NCBI GenBank assembly: GCA_964410185.1
Contig: CAYPFM010000002.1
Location: 6,047 to 70,046, forward strand
Source: an uncultured Candidatus Saccharibacteria bacterium
GTDB lineage: Bacteria; Patescibacteriota; Saccharimonadia; Saccharimonadales; JAUPVS01
Direction: 5' to 3'
DNA: 64,000 nt
The notes under the pieces were generated by a model. It saw nothing but the letters and a program-made list of their open reading frames with translations. It did not search any database and had not been told where the DNA came from. Each line of letters starts with the position of its first letter. The stretch's first letter is position 1. Both the position numbers and the translations under genes were made by a program. Shown here piece after piece: positions 45,380-54,957 of the stretch.

Positions 45380-46179
45380 TTACTGAATACTTGAATAAAG
45401 TCCTGGCCGTCCTGGAGTGTATAGCCATGTGTACGCGCCAGTTGGGCGAGATAATGGTGCTGGGCAGGTAGGGCTTCTGTAAGGATGTAGCCACGATGCT
45501 TAATCGTTTTGAGTTGCTCAAACAAACGCCGATACAGATCGAGGCCGTCCGGGCCAGCGAATAAGGCTACAGCTGGCTCATTGGTAGCGGCTTGGTTGAG
45601 CGCATATCCATCTGGCACATAGGGAAGATTGGCGAGAATTGTTGCATCAGCGGGCGACGTCAGGCCTTCCAGGAGGTCGGCTTCTTGCAGGTCGACGGTG
45701 GCTTGATGCTTGACGCAGTTATCACGAGCGACCTTTAAGGCGGCGGGGCTAATGTCGGTGGCGAGCACCTGGACCGCGCCCAGCTCGCAAGCCACAGTGA
45801 TAGCGATAGCGCCGGAGCCAGTACCGACGTCAACCACTGTTCTTTGGGCTGTTTTGGGCAGCTTCAAAAACAGCTCAATCATGGCTTCGGTCTCGGGGCG
45901 GGGCACTAAAACAGACTCATTAACAAAAAATTCGCGGCCATAGAACTCGGCTTTACCGCGGATATAAGCCAGCGGTTGGTGTTGTTTGCGCCGTTCAATA
46001 GCGGCAGTGAGTTGAGCGAGTTGTTCGTTGCTCAACAGTAGGTCTGGCTCGGCCAAAACCTGAGCACTATTTTTATTCAATAAATCTGCCAAAAGCACAA
46101 GGGCATCCAGGCGGGCGGTTTGAATGTTGGCATCTTGGAGTTGTTGGGTGGTCGCCTGGAGCCAGTCGTTAACCGTCAT
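45376..46179 (-). CDS. prmC: Release-factor glutamine N5-methyltransferase PrmC/HemK
   Basis: SAM motif [10 protein letters not shown] and catalytic NLPYV (NPPY variant). Translationally coupled to prfA by an 11-bp overlap. Confidence 0.88.
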   Translation of the reverse strand: MTVNDWLQATTQQLQDANIQTARLDALVLLADLLNKNSAQVLAEPDLLLSNEQLAQLTAAIERRKQHQPLAYIRGKAEFYGREFFVNESVLVPRPETEAMIELFLKLPKTAQRTVVDVGTGSGAIAITVACELGAVQVLATDISPAALKVARDNCVKHQATVDLQEADLLEGLTSPADATILANLPYVPDGYALNQAATNEPAVALFAGPDGLDLYRRLFEQLKTIKHRGYILTEALPAQHHYLAQLARTHGYTLQDGQDFIQVFSN

Positions 46180-47227
46180 GGCTAATCAGCTCACGCTCAT
46201 AGCTCTGTAGCTTTTCGATCAAGTCATCGATTTCGCCACTCAGCGCGCCTGGAATGTTACTGCGGCTGTAGCCAATCCGGTGGTCGGTAATGCGGTCTTG
46301 TGGGAAGTTATAAGTGCGAATCTTCTCGGAGCGATCACCAGAACCAATTAACTTCTTGCGCGAGTCAGACAGAACCTTTTGTTCTTCTTCCAACTTCTGG
46401 GCTAACAGGCGGGAACGGAGCACGCTCATGGCCTTGGCCTTGTTCTTGATTTGCGACTTTTCATCCTGGTTGCTGACCACTAAACCAGAGGGCAGGTGGG
46501 TAATCCGAACAGCCGAGTCAGTGGTGTTAACCGATTGGCCGCCGTGGCCACCGGAACGATAGACATCGATGCGCAGGTCATTGGGGTTAATTTCGATGTC
46601 CGATTCTTCGGCCTCCGGCAAGACGGCCACAGTCACAGTGGAGGTATGAATCCGACCCTGACTTTCGGTGGCAGGCACCCGCTGGACGCGGTGGACGCCG
46701 GCTTCGAACTTAAACGTGCGGTAGGCCTCCAGGCCACGAATGGCGAAAATAATTTCTTTAAAACCGCCAGCCTCACTAGGGCTTTCGTTAAGCAACTCCA
46801 GCTTGTAGCTGTGGTTCTCGGCAAAGCGAGCGTACATGCGATAGAGTTCACCGGCAAACAAAGCCGCCTCATCGCCACCGGCTGCCGCGCGGATTTCGAT
46901 AATGCAGTCACGCTCATCGTTGGGGTCTTTGGGCGTCAGGGCTTCTTCTAGAGCGGCATCAACCTCATTGAGGATGGCCTTAAGGTCGCGTAGCTCGGTG
47001 GCCACCATCTCCGCCATTTCCGGGTCGCTGCTAACGTCCATCTCTTCGGCCTGAACTTGGGCAATGCGAGCAGCCGACCGCTTATCAAACAGCGCCAACA
47101 AGCCCTCGAGCTGGCTCTGACGGCGGGCTAGTTTGGGGTAGCTGGGATCACTAAAAATACTTGGATCTTGCAGCTGCTTTTGCAGCGCTTCGTATTCTTG
47201 GCGTAAACTGGCTTCTTTTTCTTCCAT
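46169..47227 (-). CDS. prfA: Peptide chain release factor 1
   Basis: GGQ motif [10 protein letters not shown] and an RF1-type PAT tripeptide ([10 protein letters not shown]). Confidence 0.95.
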   Translation of the reverse strand: MEEKEASLRQEYEALQKQLQDPSIFSDPSYPKLARRQSQLEGLLALFDKRSAARIAQVQAEEMDVSSDPEMAEMVATELRDLKAILNEVDAALEEALTPKDPNDERDCIIEIRAAAGGDEAALFAGELYRMYARFAENHSYKLELLNESPSEAGGFKEIIFAIRGLEAYRTFKFEAGVHRVQRVPATESQGRIHTSTVTVAVLPEAEESDIEINPNDLRIDVYRSGGHGGQSVNTTDSAVRITHLPSGLVVSNQDEKSQIKNKAKAMSVLRSRLLAQKLEEEQKVLSDSRKKLIGSGDRSEKIRTYNFPQDRITDHRIGYSRSNIPGALSGEIDDLIEKLQSYERELISHDG

Positions 47228-47242
47228 AATTCAGTCCTTAGT

Positions 47243-47281
47243 ATAAACAAAAACCGCCCGTTCTGTACGAAAAGGCGGTTT
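47243..47281 (-). terminator. Intrinsic terminator after rpmE (upstream of prfA)
   Basis: The minus-strand RNA reads AAACCGCC-UUUUCGUACAGAACG-GGCGGUUU followed by UUGUUU. Confidence 0.65.
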
Positions 47282-47296
47282 AACGAGCTTAGGTAG

Positions 47297-47653
47297 TTAT
47301 TTGTCAGCAGTTGCTGGCGCAGCTTTGGCTTCGACTTCTTCTTCGTCGTCGTCAGTCTTGCGGACGCGAACCTTGGCCGCAGCCTTCTTGCGTGCGTCCA
47401 AAGCCTTTTGGGCTGCAGCAGCGCGGTTCTTGAACTTATCAACGCGACCTTCGATGTCAACGATACGTTCTTCACCAGTGAAGAAGGGGTGGGACGAGCT
47501 GCTAATGTGCACCTTTACCAATGGGTATTCAACGCCATCGAGGGTGGTGGTTTCGTCAGTCTCGACCGTTGAACGGGTCAAATACTTGGTACCGTTGTTC
47601 AGGTCCTCAAAGACGACCTGGCGGTAATTGGTGGGGTGTAAATCTTTTTTCAT
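47297..47653 (-). CDS. rpmE: 50S ribosomal protein L31, type B (no Zn-binding Cys) with charged C-terminal extension
   Basis: [15 protein letters not shown]...HPFFTGEE. There is no CxxC. A ~40-aa tail is rich in K, A, D and E. Confidence 0.88.
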   Translation of the reverse strand: MKKDLHPTNYRQVVFEDLNNGTKYLTRSTVETDETTTLDGVEYPLVKVHISSSSHPFFTGEERIVDIEGRVDKFKNRAAAAQKALDARKKAAAKVRVRKTDDDEEEVEAKAAPATADK

Positions 47654-47731
47654 AGTCAGGTGGCAATTATACACATCTGTTAGCGTTTGGTCAACAGGGG
47701 AGCGGAAGTTTTAAAACATTGTGCCAGCCTA

Positions 47732-47901
47732 GCTATGGTTTTTGGAGCACCGTTTAACCAAAAGGTAAGAATTCAGATTAAAAATGTTAATAATCCTAGC
47801 TCACCTTTCTTAAATAAGTTAATCTGAATCATTAAATACTCGTTAACTCGTGCTCCAAAAACCATAGCAAGCAAAAAGTAATGTCACGAAGCCGCTGCCG
47901 G
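47732..47901 (-). mobile_element. MITE-like palindromic element, copy 3 (an inverted, identical twin of copy 2)
   Basis: Its reverse complement reads GTGACATTACTTTTTGCTTGCTATGGTTTTTGGAGCACGAGTTAACGAGTATTTAATGATTCAGATTAA..., identical to copy 2. Confidence 0.75.
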
Positions 47902-47902
47902 C

Positions 47903-47931
47903 TTGGCAAACACTGCTCAATCTGTTACACT
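47903..47931 (+). promoter_or_regulatory. Promoter of rpsB-tsf
   Basis: TTGGCA-N17-TACACT with a TGt extended -10, leaving a ~110-nt leader before ATG 48047. Confidence 0.6.
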
Positions 47932-48046
47932 AGGTGAGTAATAAATTAAAGCAGTCTGGGATTCAGATCCTCCAACGCATAACCTGCCTCCAGGTGGCCG
48001 CGGCACCCAGATGAAGATCAAGGATCAAAAGAAAGGTTATAACACT

Positions 48047-48826
48047 ATGGCTACAACAGATGTAGACATCAAACAACTATTAGAAGCCGGCGCGCATTTT
48101 GGCCACAAAAGCAGTCGCTGGCACCCTAAGATGGCGCCGTATATTCACAGCAAGCGCAACGGTAGCCACATCATCGATCTGACTAAGACGGTGACTGAGC
48201 TCGAAAAGGCGCTTAAGTTCATCCAGCAAACCGCCCAGGATGGCAAGCAAGTTTTGTTTGTCGGTACCAAGCGACAGGCCAAGGACATTCTTAAGACCGC
48301 AGCCGTCGACACCAACATGCCATACGTTACCGAACGTTGGCTCGGTGGCATGATGACCAACAAAGCCACTATTGGCGGTCGTATCAAGCACCTCAAGGAC
48401 CTCGAATCACGCATGGAATCTGGCGCCCTGGCTGCCAAGTACAACAAGCTCGAAGTTCAGCGCTTCCAAGAAGAAATCGACGAAATGAACCACAACTACA
48501 GTGGTGTTAAAGAAATGTCGCCAAAGCCCGGTGCTTTGTTCATCGTTGACATTATCCAAGAAGATAACGCTGTTAAAGAGGCTCGTACCCTGGGCATTCC
48601 AATCGTTGCTATTGTTGACACTAACACCGACCCAACCTTGATTGACTATCCAATTCCTGCCAACGATGATGCTATCAAGACCATCCAGCTTATTACCGAC
48701 TACGTCGTTGCTGCCATCAAGGCCGGCAAAGCCAAGGCTAAGCCTGCTAAGGACGAAGCTGACAAAGACGAAAAAGCTGCCGAACGCGTTGTTTTGGGAG
48801 TAGAAACACCTAAGGAGGAAAAATAA
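48047..48826 (+). CDS. rpsB: 30S ribosomal protein S2
   Basis: LLEAGAHFGHKSSRWHPKM..FVGTKRQA..ERWLGGMMTN. ATG 48047 is preferred over the ORF-track start 48011. Confidence 0.93.
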   Translation: MATTDVDIKQLLEAGAHFGHKSSRWHPKMAPYIHSKRNGSHIIDLTKTVTELEKALKFIQQTAQDGKQVLFVGTKRQAKDILKTAAVDTNMPYVTERWLGGMMTNKATIGGRIKHLKDLESRMESGALAAKYNKLEVQRFQEEIDEMNHNYSGVKEMSPKPGALFIVDIIQEDNAVKEARTLGIPIVAIVDTNTDPTLIDYPIPANDDAIKTIQLITDYVVAAIKAGKAKAKPAKDEADKDEKAAERVVLGVETPKEEK

Positions 48827-48828
48827 CC

Positions 48829-49425
48829 ATGGCCGTATCAATCGAAGACATTAAGCGACTTAAGAATCTAACTGGTGTTGGTTTGACTGACGCCAAGGCT
48901 GCTCTCGACGCTGAAAATGGTGATTTTGACAAAGCCCTGGCTGCCATGCGCAAAAAAGGCCTGACCAAGGCCGAGAAGCGTGGTGAGCGCGAAGCCCGCG
49001 CCGGATTGATCGGTAACTACAACCACGATGGCCGCATCGGCGTCTTGGTAGAAGTAAACTGCGAAACCGACTTTGTGGCCCGCAACGAAATCTTCGTCGA
49101 CTTCGTTAAGGACGTGGCCATGCACATCGCGGCTTCTTCGCCGCAGTATGTCAGCATGGAAGACATTCCAGCCGAAGACCGCGACAAAGCTGCTAAAGAA
49201 TTTACCGAGAAGGCCAAGGCCGAAGGTAAGCCAGACAACATGCTCGACAAAATTGTTGACGGCATGCTCAAGAAGCACTTTGCCGAAAAGTGTCTGCTCG
49301 ACCAGCCCTTTGTAAAGAATCCCGACGTCACCGTTGGTGATTTCGTCAAAGAACACAATGCCAAGTTGGGTGAAAACATCGTAGTGCGCCGCTTTAACCG
49401 CATGGCGCTCGGCGAAATCAGCTAG
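48829..49425 (+). CDS. tsf: Elongation factor Ts (short form)
   Basis: UBA-like N-terminus IKRLKNLTGVGLTDAKAAL, plus VEVNCETDFVARNE. Confidence 0.92.
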   Translation: MAVSIEDIKRLKNLTGVGLTDAKAALDAENGDFDKALAAMRKKGLTKAEKRGEREARAGLIGNYNHDGRIGVLVEVNCETDFVARNEIFVDFVKDVAMHIAASSPQYVSMEDIPAEDRDKAAKEFTEKAKAEGKPDNMLDKIVDGMLKKHFAEKCLLDQPFVKNPDVTVGDFVKEHNAKLGENIVVRRFNRMALGEIS

Positions 49426-49500
49426 TTTTTGAACATAGCCTCGTACTACGTCCTCGCCCCTTACGGGCTGCGGATGTAGTACTCACCTATATTCAAAAAC
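49425..49500 (+). repeat. Long imperfect hairpin after tsf, related to R4 in its outer arm but with a different apex
   Basis: GTTTTTGAA.ATAGCCTC...GTACTAC..GCCC-CTTAC-GGGC..GTAGTAC...TTCAAAAAC. The 5' arm resembles the R4 arm GGTTTTGAGGCGTAGCCTC. Confidence 0.6.
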
Positions 49501-49512
49501 CGTAATACCCGT

Positions 49513-49518
49513 TAGAAT
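49513..49518 (+). promoter_or_regulatory. -10 element placed for a leaderless frr mRNA
   Basis: TAGAAT-AAAAGC-ATG (N6). The spacer is the same as at msrA. Confidence 0.45.
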
Positions 49519-49524
49519 AAAAGC

Positions 49525-50088
49525 ATGAATCCAAACGATGTTATCACGCAAGCCAAGTCCAAGTTCAACGCTACAGTTACACACTTCGAAGAAGAGTTAA
49601 AGAAATTAAGAACCGGCCGTGCTCACGGCGGAATGCTCGACAATATTACGGTTGAGGCCTACGGCACGCCAATGCCAATGAATCAGGTGGCCAACGTCAC
49701 CGCTCCCGAAGCGCAGTTATTGCAAGTGACGCCGTTTGACCCCTCAAACTTAGCCGCCATTAGCGCCGCTATTCGCGACAACCAAAGTTTGGGCATGAAT
49801 CCGAGCGATGATGGTCATGTCATCCGCATCTCCGTGCCCGCACTAACCGAGGAGCGCCGCCGCGAAATTACCAAGCAGGTTGGCAGTAAGCTCGAAGAGT
49901 GCATGATTGCCTTGCGGGGCACCCGTCACGAAACCCTCGACATGTTCAACCAAGCCAAAAAGGATAAAGATTTAGGTGAAGACGAAGTCAAGCGTTTGAA
50001 CGCTCAGGTCGAAGACGCCATGGGGCAGGCTAAGGCCAAGGCAGAAGCCGCCGCCAAAGCTAAAGAACACGAAATAATGACTGTCTAG
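49525..50088 (+). CDS. frr: Ribosome recycling factor
   Basis: LKKLRTGRAHGGMLDNITVEAYG..IRISVPALTEERRRE. Confidence 0.93.
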   Translation: MNPNDVITQAKSKFNATVTHFEEELKKLRTGRAHGGMLDNITVEAYGTPMPMNQVANVTAPEAQLLQVTPFDPSNLAAISAAIRDNQSLGMNPSDDGHVIRISVPALTEERRREITKQVGSKLEECMIALRGTRHETLDMFNQAKKDKDLGEDEVKRLNAQVEDAMGQAKAKAEAAAKAKEHEIMTV

Positions 50089-50090
50089 GC

Positions 50091-50783
50091 ATGTCAAACA
50101 CCGCAGAGATTCTACCAAATCACCTCGGCATTATCATGGATGGTAATCGACGTTGGGCCAAGCAACAGGGCTTGCCAACGCTCAAGGGTCATCGCCAGGG
50201 TCTGGAGGTCTTTAAAGACATCTCGTTGGCGGCATTCGAACGCGGCATTAAGTATGTGTCAGCCTATGTTTTTTCGAGCGAAAATTGGCAACGGACCGAA
50301 GATGAGGTGTCGTACCTGATGAGTCTAGTTAATAAGGGTATCGCCAAGCACCTGGATAGCTTTCATCAGGCCGGCATTAAGTTGGTGATGCTCGGCGCGC
50401 GTAGTGGTATCGATGACAAAATCCTCGAGACCATCGATGCGGCAATCGTCAAAACCAAAAATAATCTTAAGGGCACCTTGGCACTTTGTTTCAATTATGG
50501 TGGGCACGACGAGATTGCCCAGGCTGCTCAGACCTTGCTTGATAACGGCGAAACTACCATTACAGCGGCAAAGCTCGAGACAGCCCTTTATGCTCCTGAT
50601 GTACCGCCCGTCGATCTGATTATTCGTACTTCAGGTGAGCAGCGCTTGAGTGGTTTTATGCTGTGGCGTGCGGCCTACAGCGAGCTATATTTTACCGAAA
50701 CCTTCTGGCCGGCCTTTACGATCGCCGATTTGGACCTGGCTCTTAACGAATACGCCTGTCGGCAACGAAGGTTTGGTAGCTAG
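50091..50783 (+). CDS. uppS: Isoprenyl transferase (undecaprenyl-diphosphate synthase family)
   Basis: HLGIIMDGNRRWA, FSSENWQR and IRTSGEQRLSGFMLW. Confidence 0.92.
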   Translation: MSNTAEILPNHLGIIMDGNRRWAKQQGLPTLKGHRQGLEVFKDISLAAFERGIKYVSAYVFSSENWQRTEDEVSYLMSLVNKGIAKHLDSFHQAGIKLVMLGARSGIDDKILETIDAAIVKTKNNLKGTLALCFNYGGHDEIAQAAQTLLDNGETTITAAKLETALYAPDVPPVDLIIRTSGEQRLSGFMLWRAAYSELYFTETFWPAFTIADLDLALNEYACRQRRFGS

Positions 50784-51914
50784 ATGCCACTTTTCTTGCT
50801 GATTATGGGTTTGATTATGTTTGTCGGCCTGGTGGTGGTGCACGAGTTTGGGCACTTTATAGCCGCCCGCCGCAACGGTATTGAGGTCGAAGAGTTTGGC
50901 ATTGGCTTTCCGCCACGTGCCAAAGTTATCACGCGCAAAAAGGGGACGACCTACACTTTAAATTGGCTACCGCTGGGTGGCTTCGTCAAACTAAAGGGTG
51001 AACACGACGCCGACACCGCCAAGGGCAGTTTTGGGGCCGCCACATTGGGTGCCAAGGTCAAGGTGATGGTGGCCGGAGTCGGTATGAATCTCATTACGGC
51101 CTTTGCCATATTTACGCTGTTGGCCCTGATTGGTATGCCCAAGCTGCTCGATAATCAGTTCACCGTCAAAAGCGACACCAAGGTGACACGCCAGGAGGTT
51201 CTGGTGGGCTATGTTGAACCGGACTCGCCAGCCCAAAAAGCTGGTTTAACCCCAACCAGCCAGCTTGTCAGTATCGGCCTGCCAGGCCAGACGCCAGTTA
51301 TGATAACGAGCCAGGATCAACTGCCGACTGTCACCAAGCAGTTTGCCGGCCAAACGGTTGACGTGACAGTGAAAAAAGGCGACGTGACCGCAGTTAAACA
51401 AGTGTCGCTGCGCAGCCAACAGCAAGTCGATGACAGCAAAAAAACCAGTGAACCCAAAGGCTATTTAGGCATTAGTCCGTCAGAGTATGTCATGCAACGA
51501 TCGACCTGGTCGGCACCAATTGTGGCCGGTGGCTTGGTGGGGCAGCTTACTTCGGCAACCCTGAAGGGCCTTGGCGGTGCGGTCGGTAACTTATTCCAAG
51601 GTCACGTCAAGGAGGCCAGCTCGCAGGTGTCGGGGCCGGTCGGCGTTTTTGTGATTATTAAGGATGGCAGCTTCTTGGGGATTCAGTACGTGCTGCTCAT
51701 CGTCGCGGTGATTTCTTTGACGTTGGCGATTATGAATATTTTACCGATTCCAGCCCTGGATGGCGGGCGACTCTTCTTGATTTTGTTCTACCGCCTTATC
51801 CGCCGGCCGCTGACTGCCGAGCGGGAAGAGCTGATTAACGGTTTGGGTATGGTTTGTTTGCTGATTCTGATAGCGCTGATAACCTTCGTCGACTTTAAAC
51901 GGTTCATCTTCTAA
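50784..51914 (+). CDS. rseP: RIP metalloprotease RseP (site-2 protease, M50)
   Basis: HEFGHFIAA (HExxH), a central PDZ, and NILPIPALDGGRL. Confidence 0.85.
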   Translation: MPLFLLIMGLIMFVGLVVVHEFGHFIAARRNGIEVEEFGIGFPPRAKVITRKKGTTYTLNWLPLGGFVKLKGEHDADTAKGSFGAATLGAKVKVMVAGVGMNLITAFAIFTLLALIGMPKLLDNQFTVKSDTKVTRQEVLVGYVEPDSPAQKAGLTPTSQLVSIGLPGQTPVMITSQDQLPTVTKQFAGQTVDVTVKKGDVTAVKQVSLRSQQQVDDSKKTSEPKGYLGISPSEYVMQRSTWSAPIVAGGLVGQLTSATLKGLGGAVGNLFQGHVKEASSQVSGPVGVFVIIKDGSFLGIQYVLLIVAVISLTLAIMNILPIPALDGGRLFLILFYRLIRRPLTAEREELINGLGMVCLLILIALITFVDFKRFIF

Positions 51915-52690
51915 TGCCAGACGTAAGTGCCAACACCGTGCCGGCCAAAAAGCCTGTTAATCCCATCACCTGGGGGCCGTTGGCGGCAATTATTGTTACG
52001 GTCACGATTTACTTTGCGGCCCAATTCTTTGGTGCCTTGCTAATTCTGGCTGCCGCCAAATTCAATGGCTTCAGTTCGGAGCAGACCAAAACCTGGGTTG
52101 ATCAGGTCGGTCCACAGTTCTTTTTTGTGGTTATTGTCGAAGCTACTAGTTTAGGTGCACTGTGGCTGTTTTTACGGAGCCGAAAAGCGAACTTCAAAAC
52201 CCTAGGCTTAGTACGGCCGCACTGGGTGGATTTGGGCTGGACGCTCATCGGTTTTGCCATGTATCTGCCCATACTGTTAATCGTTATGGCAGCGGTAAAG
52301 GCCTGGTTCCCAGAGGTCAATTTTGATCAACAGCAACAGATTGGCTTCACAGGCACGCATGGCGCGGCGTTGCTGCCGGTTTTTGTGAGCCTGGTGGTAT
52401 TACCGCCTGTTGCTGAGGAGATCATGACGCGGGGCTTCTTGTTCCTGGGGCTTAAAAATAAACTGCCGGTTATTTGGGCCGCCATTGTAACCAGCTTTAT
52501 CTTTGCGACTGCTCATTTACAGGCTGGCAGCGGTGCGCCATTACTCTGGACGGCGGCGATCGACACTTTCGTACTGTCGATGGTGCTGATCTTTCTGAGG
52601 CAGAAAACCGGCCGGCTCTGGTCCTCGATTGGCTTGCACATGATCAAAAACGGGCTAGCCTTCGCGGCACTCTTTATATTTGTTCGGTAA
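51914..52690 (+). CDS. CPBP family intramembrane glutamic endopeptidase (CAAX protease-like)
   Basis: Motifs EEIMTRGF, FIFATAHL and HMIKNG in a polytopic membrane protein. Confidence 0.8.
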   Translation: MPDVSANTVPAKKPVNPITWGPLAAIIVTVTIYFAAQFFGALLILAAAKFNGFSSEQTKTWVDQVGPQFFFVVIVEATSLGALWLFLRSRKANFKTLGLVRPHWVDLGWTLIGFAMYLPILLIVMAAVKAWFPEVNFDQQQQIGFTGTHGAALLPVFVSLVVLPPVAEEIMTRGFLFLGLKNKLPVIWAAIVTSFIFATAHLQAGSGAPLLWTAAIDTFVLSMVLIFLRQKTGRLWSSIGLHMIKNGLAFAALFIFVR

Positions 52691-52838
52691 AATGGTATGA
52701 TATCGCCAATGTGTTACGCAATGACCTTTGAACTTGATGTGCCCACACCGCCCGCCGGGCGTTAATTCGATATAACTTTTTATATACAGAAAACAACGCT
52801 CCTCAAGTCACCGAGGGGCATTTTTATTGGAGAACAAG

Positions 52839-53606
52839 ATGAGTAAACTAGTCGTAAAAAAATTCAGTTCCGCCCTGGTTACCAACCGCGAGGGCATCGA
52901 CCACACGGCCATTAAGAGTTATGTGGCCGGCATGGCGGACAGTTACTACTGGGGTGGTGATGGTTTGATTATCATCACTTCTGGCGCCAAGGTTGCCGGG
53001 CGGGCGCGTGCCGAGGCGGTTTATGGTCGCGAAGCCGCCAAAAAAATGACCTCACAGCAGCTCTCGACGATTGGGGCGACAGCCATATTTAATGCTTGGG
53101 AAGCAGCCTTTGAGGGCCAGGGTATTCTGTCCGCCAGCGTGGCGGTCACACACCGCCAGTTGGCTGGCCGGTCACTGTGGGGCCGATTGTCGAACCGCCG
53201 TGAAAAGAGTGTCTTCACCGAGATGATTCATAACAACATTGCTTCGGGCGTGCCGGTAAACATCAATGAGTCAGACGGTACCAGCATTGCCGAACTCTTT
53301 AAGGAAAACGACGGCCTGGGTTGTCACGTAGCCATCGCGGCGGACGCCGACGAGTACCAGATGTTTACCAAAAATGGTGGGCTGGTGGACGAAGATGGTC
53401 AGCTGGTTGGAGAGATTAATCCCGACAATATCGACTGGGCCCGTGGTCTCGTCGCCAGCCGCGACATCAGTGCTACCGGCACCGGCGGCTTTTTGGCCAA
53501 AATTGAGGCCGGCTGGGAAGCTGCCCAGGCTGGTATCGCTACCAGCATCGCTGCTCCCAACGAAGATATGACAGGCCAGCAGGTCACCCGCTTTGTGGTA
53601 GGATAA
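52839..53606 (+). CDS. Amino-acid kinase family protein, glutamate 5-kinase (ProB)-like, no PUA domain
   Basis: VVKKFSSALVT, IIITSGAKVAGR, PVNINESD and GTGGFLAKIEAG parallel ProB motifs (VVKLGTS, IVTSGAIAAGR, PVINEND, GTGGMSTK). GGAG Shine-Dalgarno lies before ATG 52839. Confidence 0.7.
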   Translation: MSKLVVKKFSSALVTNREGIDHTAIKSYVAGMADSYYWGGDGLIIITSGAKVAGRARAEAVYGREAAKKMTSQQLSTIGATAIFNAWEAAFEGQGILSASVAVTHRQLAGRSLWGRLSNRREKSVFTEMIHNNIASGVPVNINESDGTSIAELFKENDGLGCHVAIAADADEYQMFTKNGGLVDEDGQLVGEINPDNIDWARGLVASRDISATGTGGFLAKIEAGWEAAQAGIATSIAAPNEDMTGQQVTRFVVG

Positions 53607-53610
53607 GGGC

Positions 53611-54861
53611 ATGAAAGTATCCCAATTGTTTACCAAAACCCGCAAAGACGCTCCCGCCGATGAGGAAGCCCGTAACGCCCAACTGTTAATTCAGGCTGGC
53701 TTTATTCACAAAGAGATGGCTGGCGTTTACGCGTTCTTGCCGCTTGGTAAGAGGGTGCTCGAAAACATTACCCAGATTGTCCGCGAAGAAATGGATGCCA
53801 TGGGCGCCCAAGAAGTGCAGATGACAGTACTGCAGCCCAAGGACATTTGGGAAAAAACCGACCGTTGGGATGACAAAAAGGTCGACAACTGGTTCAAGAC
53901 CAAACTGGTCAACGGCACCGAGCTTGGTGTTGGTCTGACGCACGAGGAGCCAATCGTCGACGCCCTCAAAGATTACGTCGACTCCTACAAGGACTTACCA
54001 CTCTTCGTTTACCAGATTCAAACCAAATTCCGCAACGAAAAACGAGCCAAGAGCGGCTTGTTGCGCGGCCGCGAATTCACCATGAAAGACATGTACTCGC
54101 TGGCTCGCAGCCAAGAGGAACACGCCGAACTTTACGAAAAAGCCGCCAAGGTCTATACCAAGGTTTACGAACGGCTGGGCTTGGGCGATAGCACCTATCG
54201 TACCTACGCTGACGGGGGTATTTTTACCGACAAGTTTAGCGATGAGTACCAAACCATCAGTCCAGTCGGCGAAGACACCATTTATGTAGACGAAGCCAAG
54301 AAAATTGCCATTAACGAAGAGATTTACACCCCCGAAAACCTCGCCAAAGTCGGCCTCAAAAAAGCAGATTTGGTTCAGAAGAAAGCCGTCGAAGTAGGGA
54401 ATATCTTCCCGCTGGAAAGCAAATACACCGACGCGCTCGATGTCTATTACACCGACGAAAATGGCGAAAAGCAATCGATAATTATGGGCTGCTACGGTAT
54501 TGGCATTAGTCGCTTAATGGGCGTCATTGCCGAGCATTTTTCTGACGACAAAGGTCTGGTCTGGCCCGAAAACATCGCGCCGGCTAAGGTTTACCTGGCC
54601 CGCCTGGGCGAGGACGAAACGGTTGTTAAGGCCGCCGACCAGCTCTATAAGGATTTGCAAACAGCCGGGATTGCGGTACTCTATGATGACCGCGATGTGC
54701 GGGCTGGCGAAAAGTTCGCCGACGCCGATTTGATCGGCCTTCCATATCGTATCGTGGTTAGCGCTAAGTCGCTCGAAAATGAACAAGTTGAACTCAAAAA
54801 GCGAACCAGCCAGGAGGTGACATTACTGGCGGCCAGCGAAGTCGTAGCAAGCCTAAAATAA
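53611..54861 (+). CDS. proS: Prolyl-tRNA synthetase, bacterial-like but lacking the INS editing domain (416 aa)
   Basis: The N-terminus SQLF.KT.KD.P.DEEA.N.QLLIQAGFI..MAGVY..LPLG is bacterial ProRS-like. Motif 2 is FRNE.R...GLLRGREF, motif 3 is GCYGIGISRL. Only ~40 aa occupy the position where INS normally sits. Confidence 0.9.
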   Translation: MKVSQLFTKTRKDAPADEEARNAQLLIQAGFIHKEMAGVYAFLPLGKRVLENITQIVREEMDAMGAQEVQMTVLQPKDIWEKTDRWDDKKVDNWFKTKLVNGTELGVGLTHEEPIVDALKDYVDSYKDLPLFVYQIQTKFRNEKRAKSGLLRGREFTMKDMYSLARSQEEHAELYEKAAKVYTKVYERLGLGDSTYRTYADGGIFTDKFSDEYQTISPVGEDTIYVDEAKKIAINEEIYTPENLAKVGLKKADLVQKKAVEVGNIFPLESKYTDALDVYYTDENGEKQSIIMGCYGIGISRLMGVIAEHFSDDKGLVWPENIAPAKVYLARLGEDETVVKAADQLYKDLQTAGIAVLYDDRDVRAGEKFADADLIGLPYRIVVSAKSLENEQVELKKRTSQEVTLLAASEVVASLK

Positions 54862-54873
54862 GCCACAATTGTC

Positions 54874-54882
54874 TGTTATAAT
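54874..54882 (+). promoter_or_regulatory. Extended -10 promoter of greA
   Basis: TGtTATAAT is a perfect extended -10. The leader is ~69 nt. Confidence 0.55.
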
Positions 54883-54957
54883 AGACCCGAATAGGGTAGG
54901 GCAAAACAGACATTTGTCGTAACATTGTCGTAAAGTCACCAAAGAGAGGACAGACCT

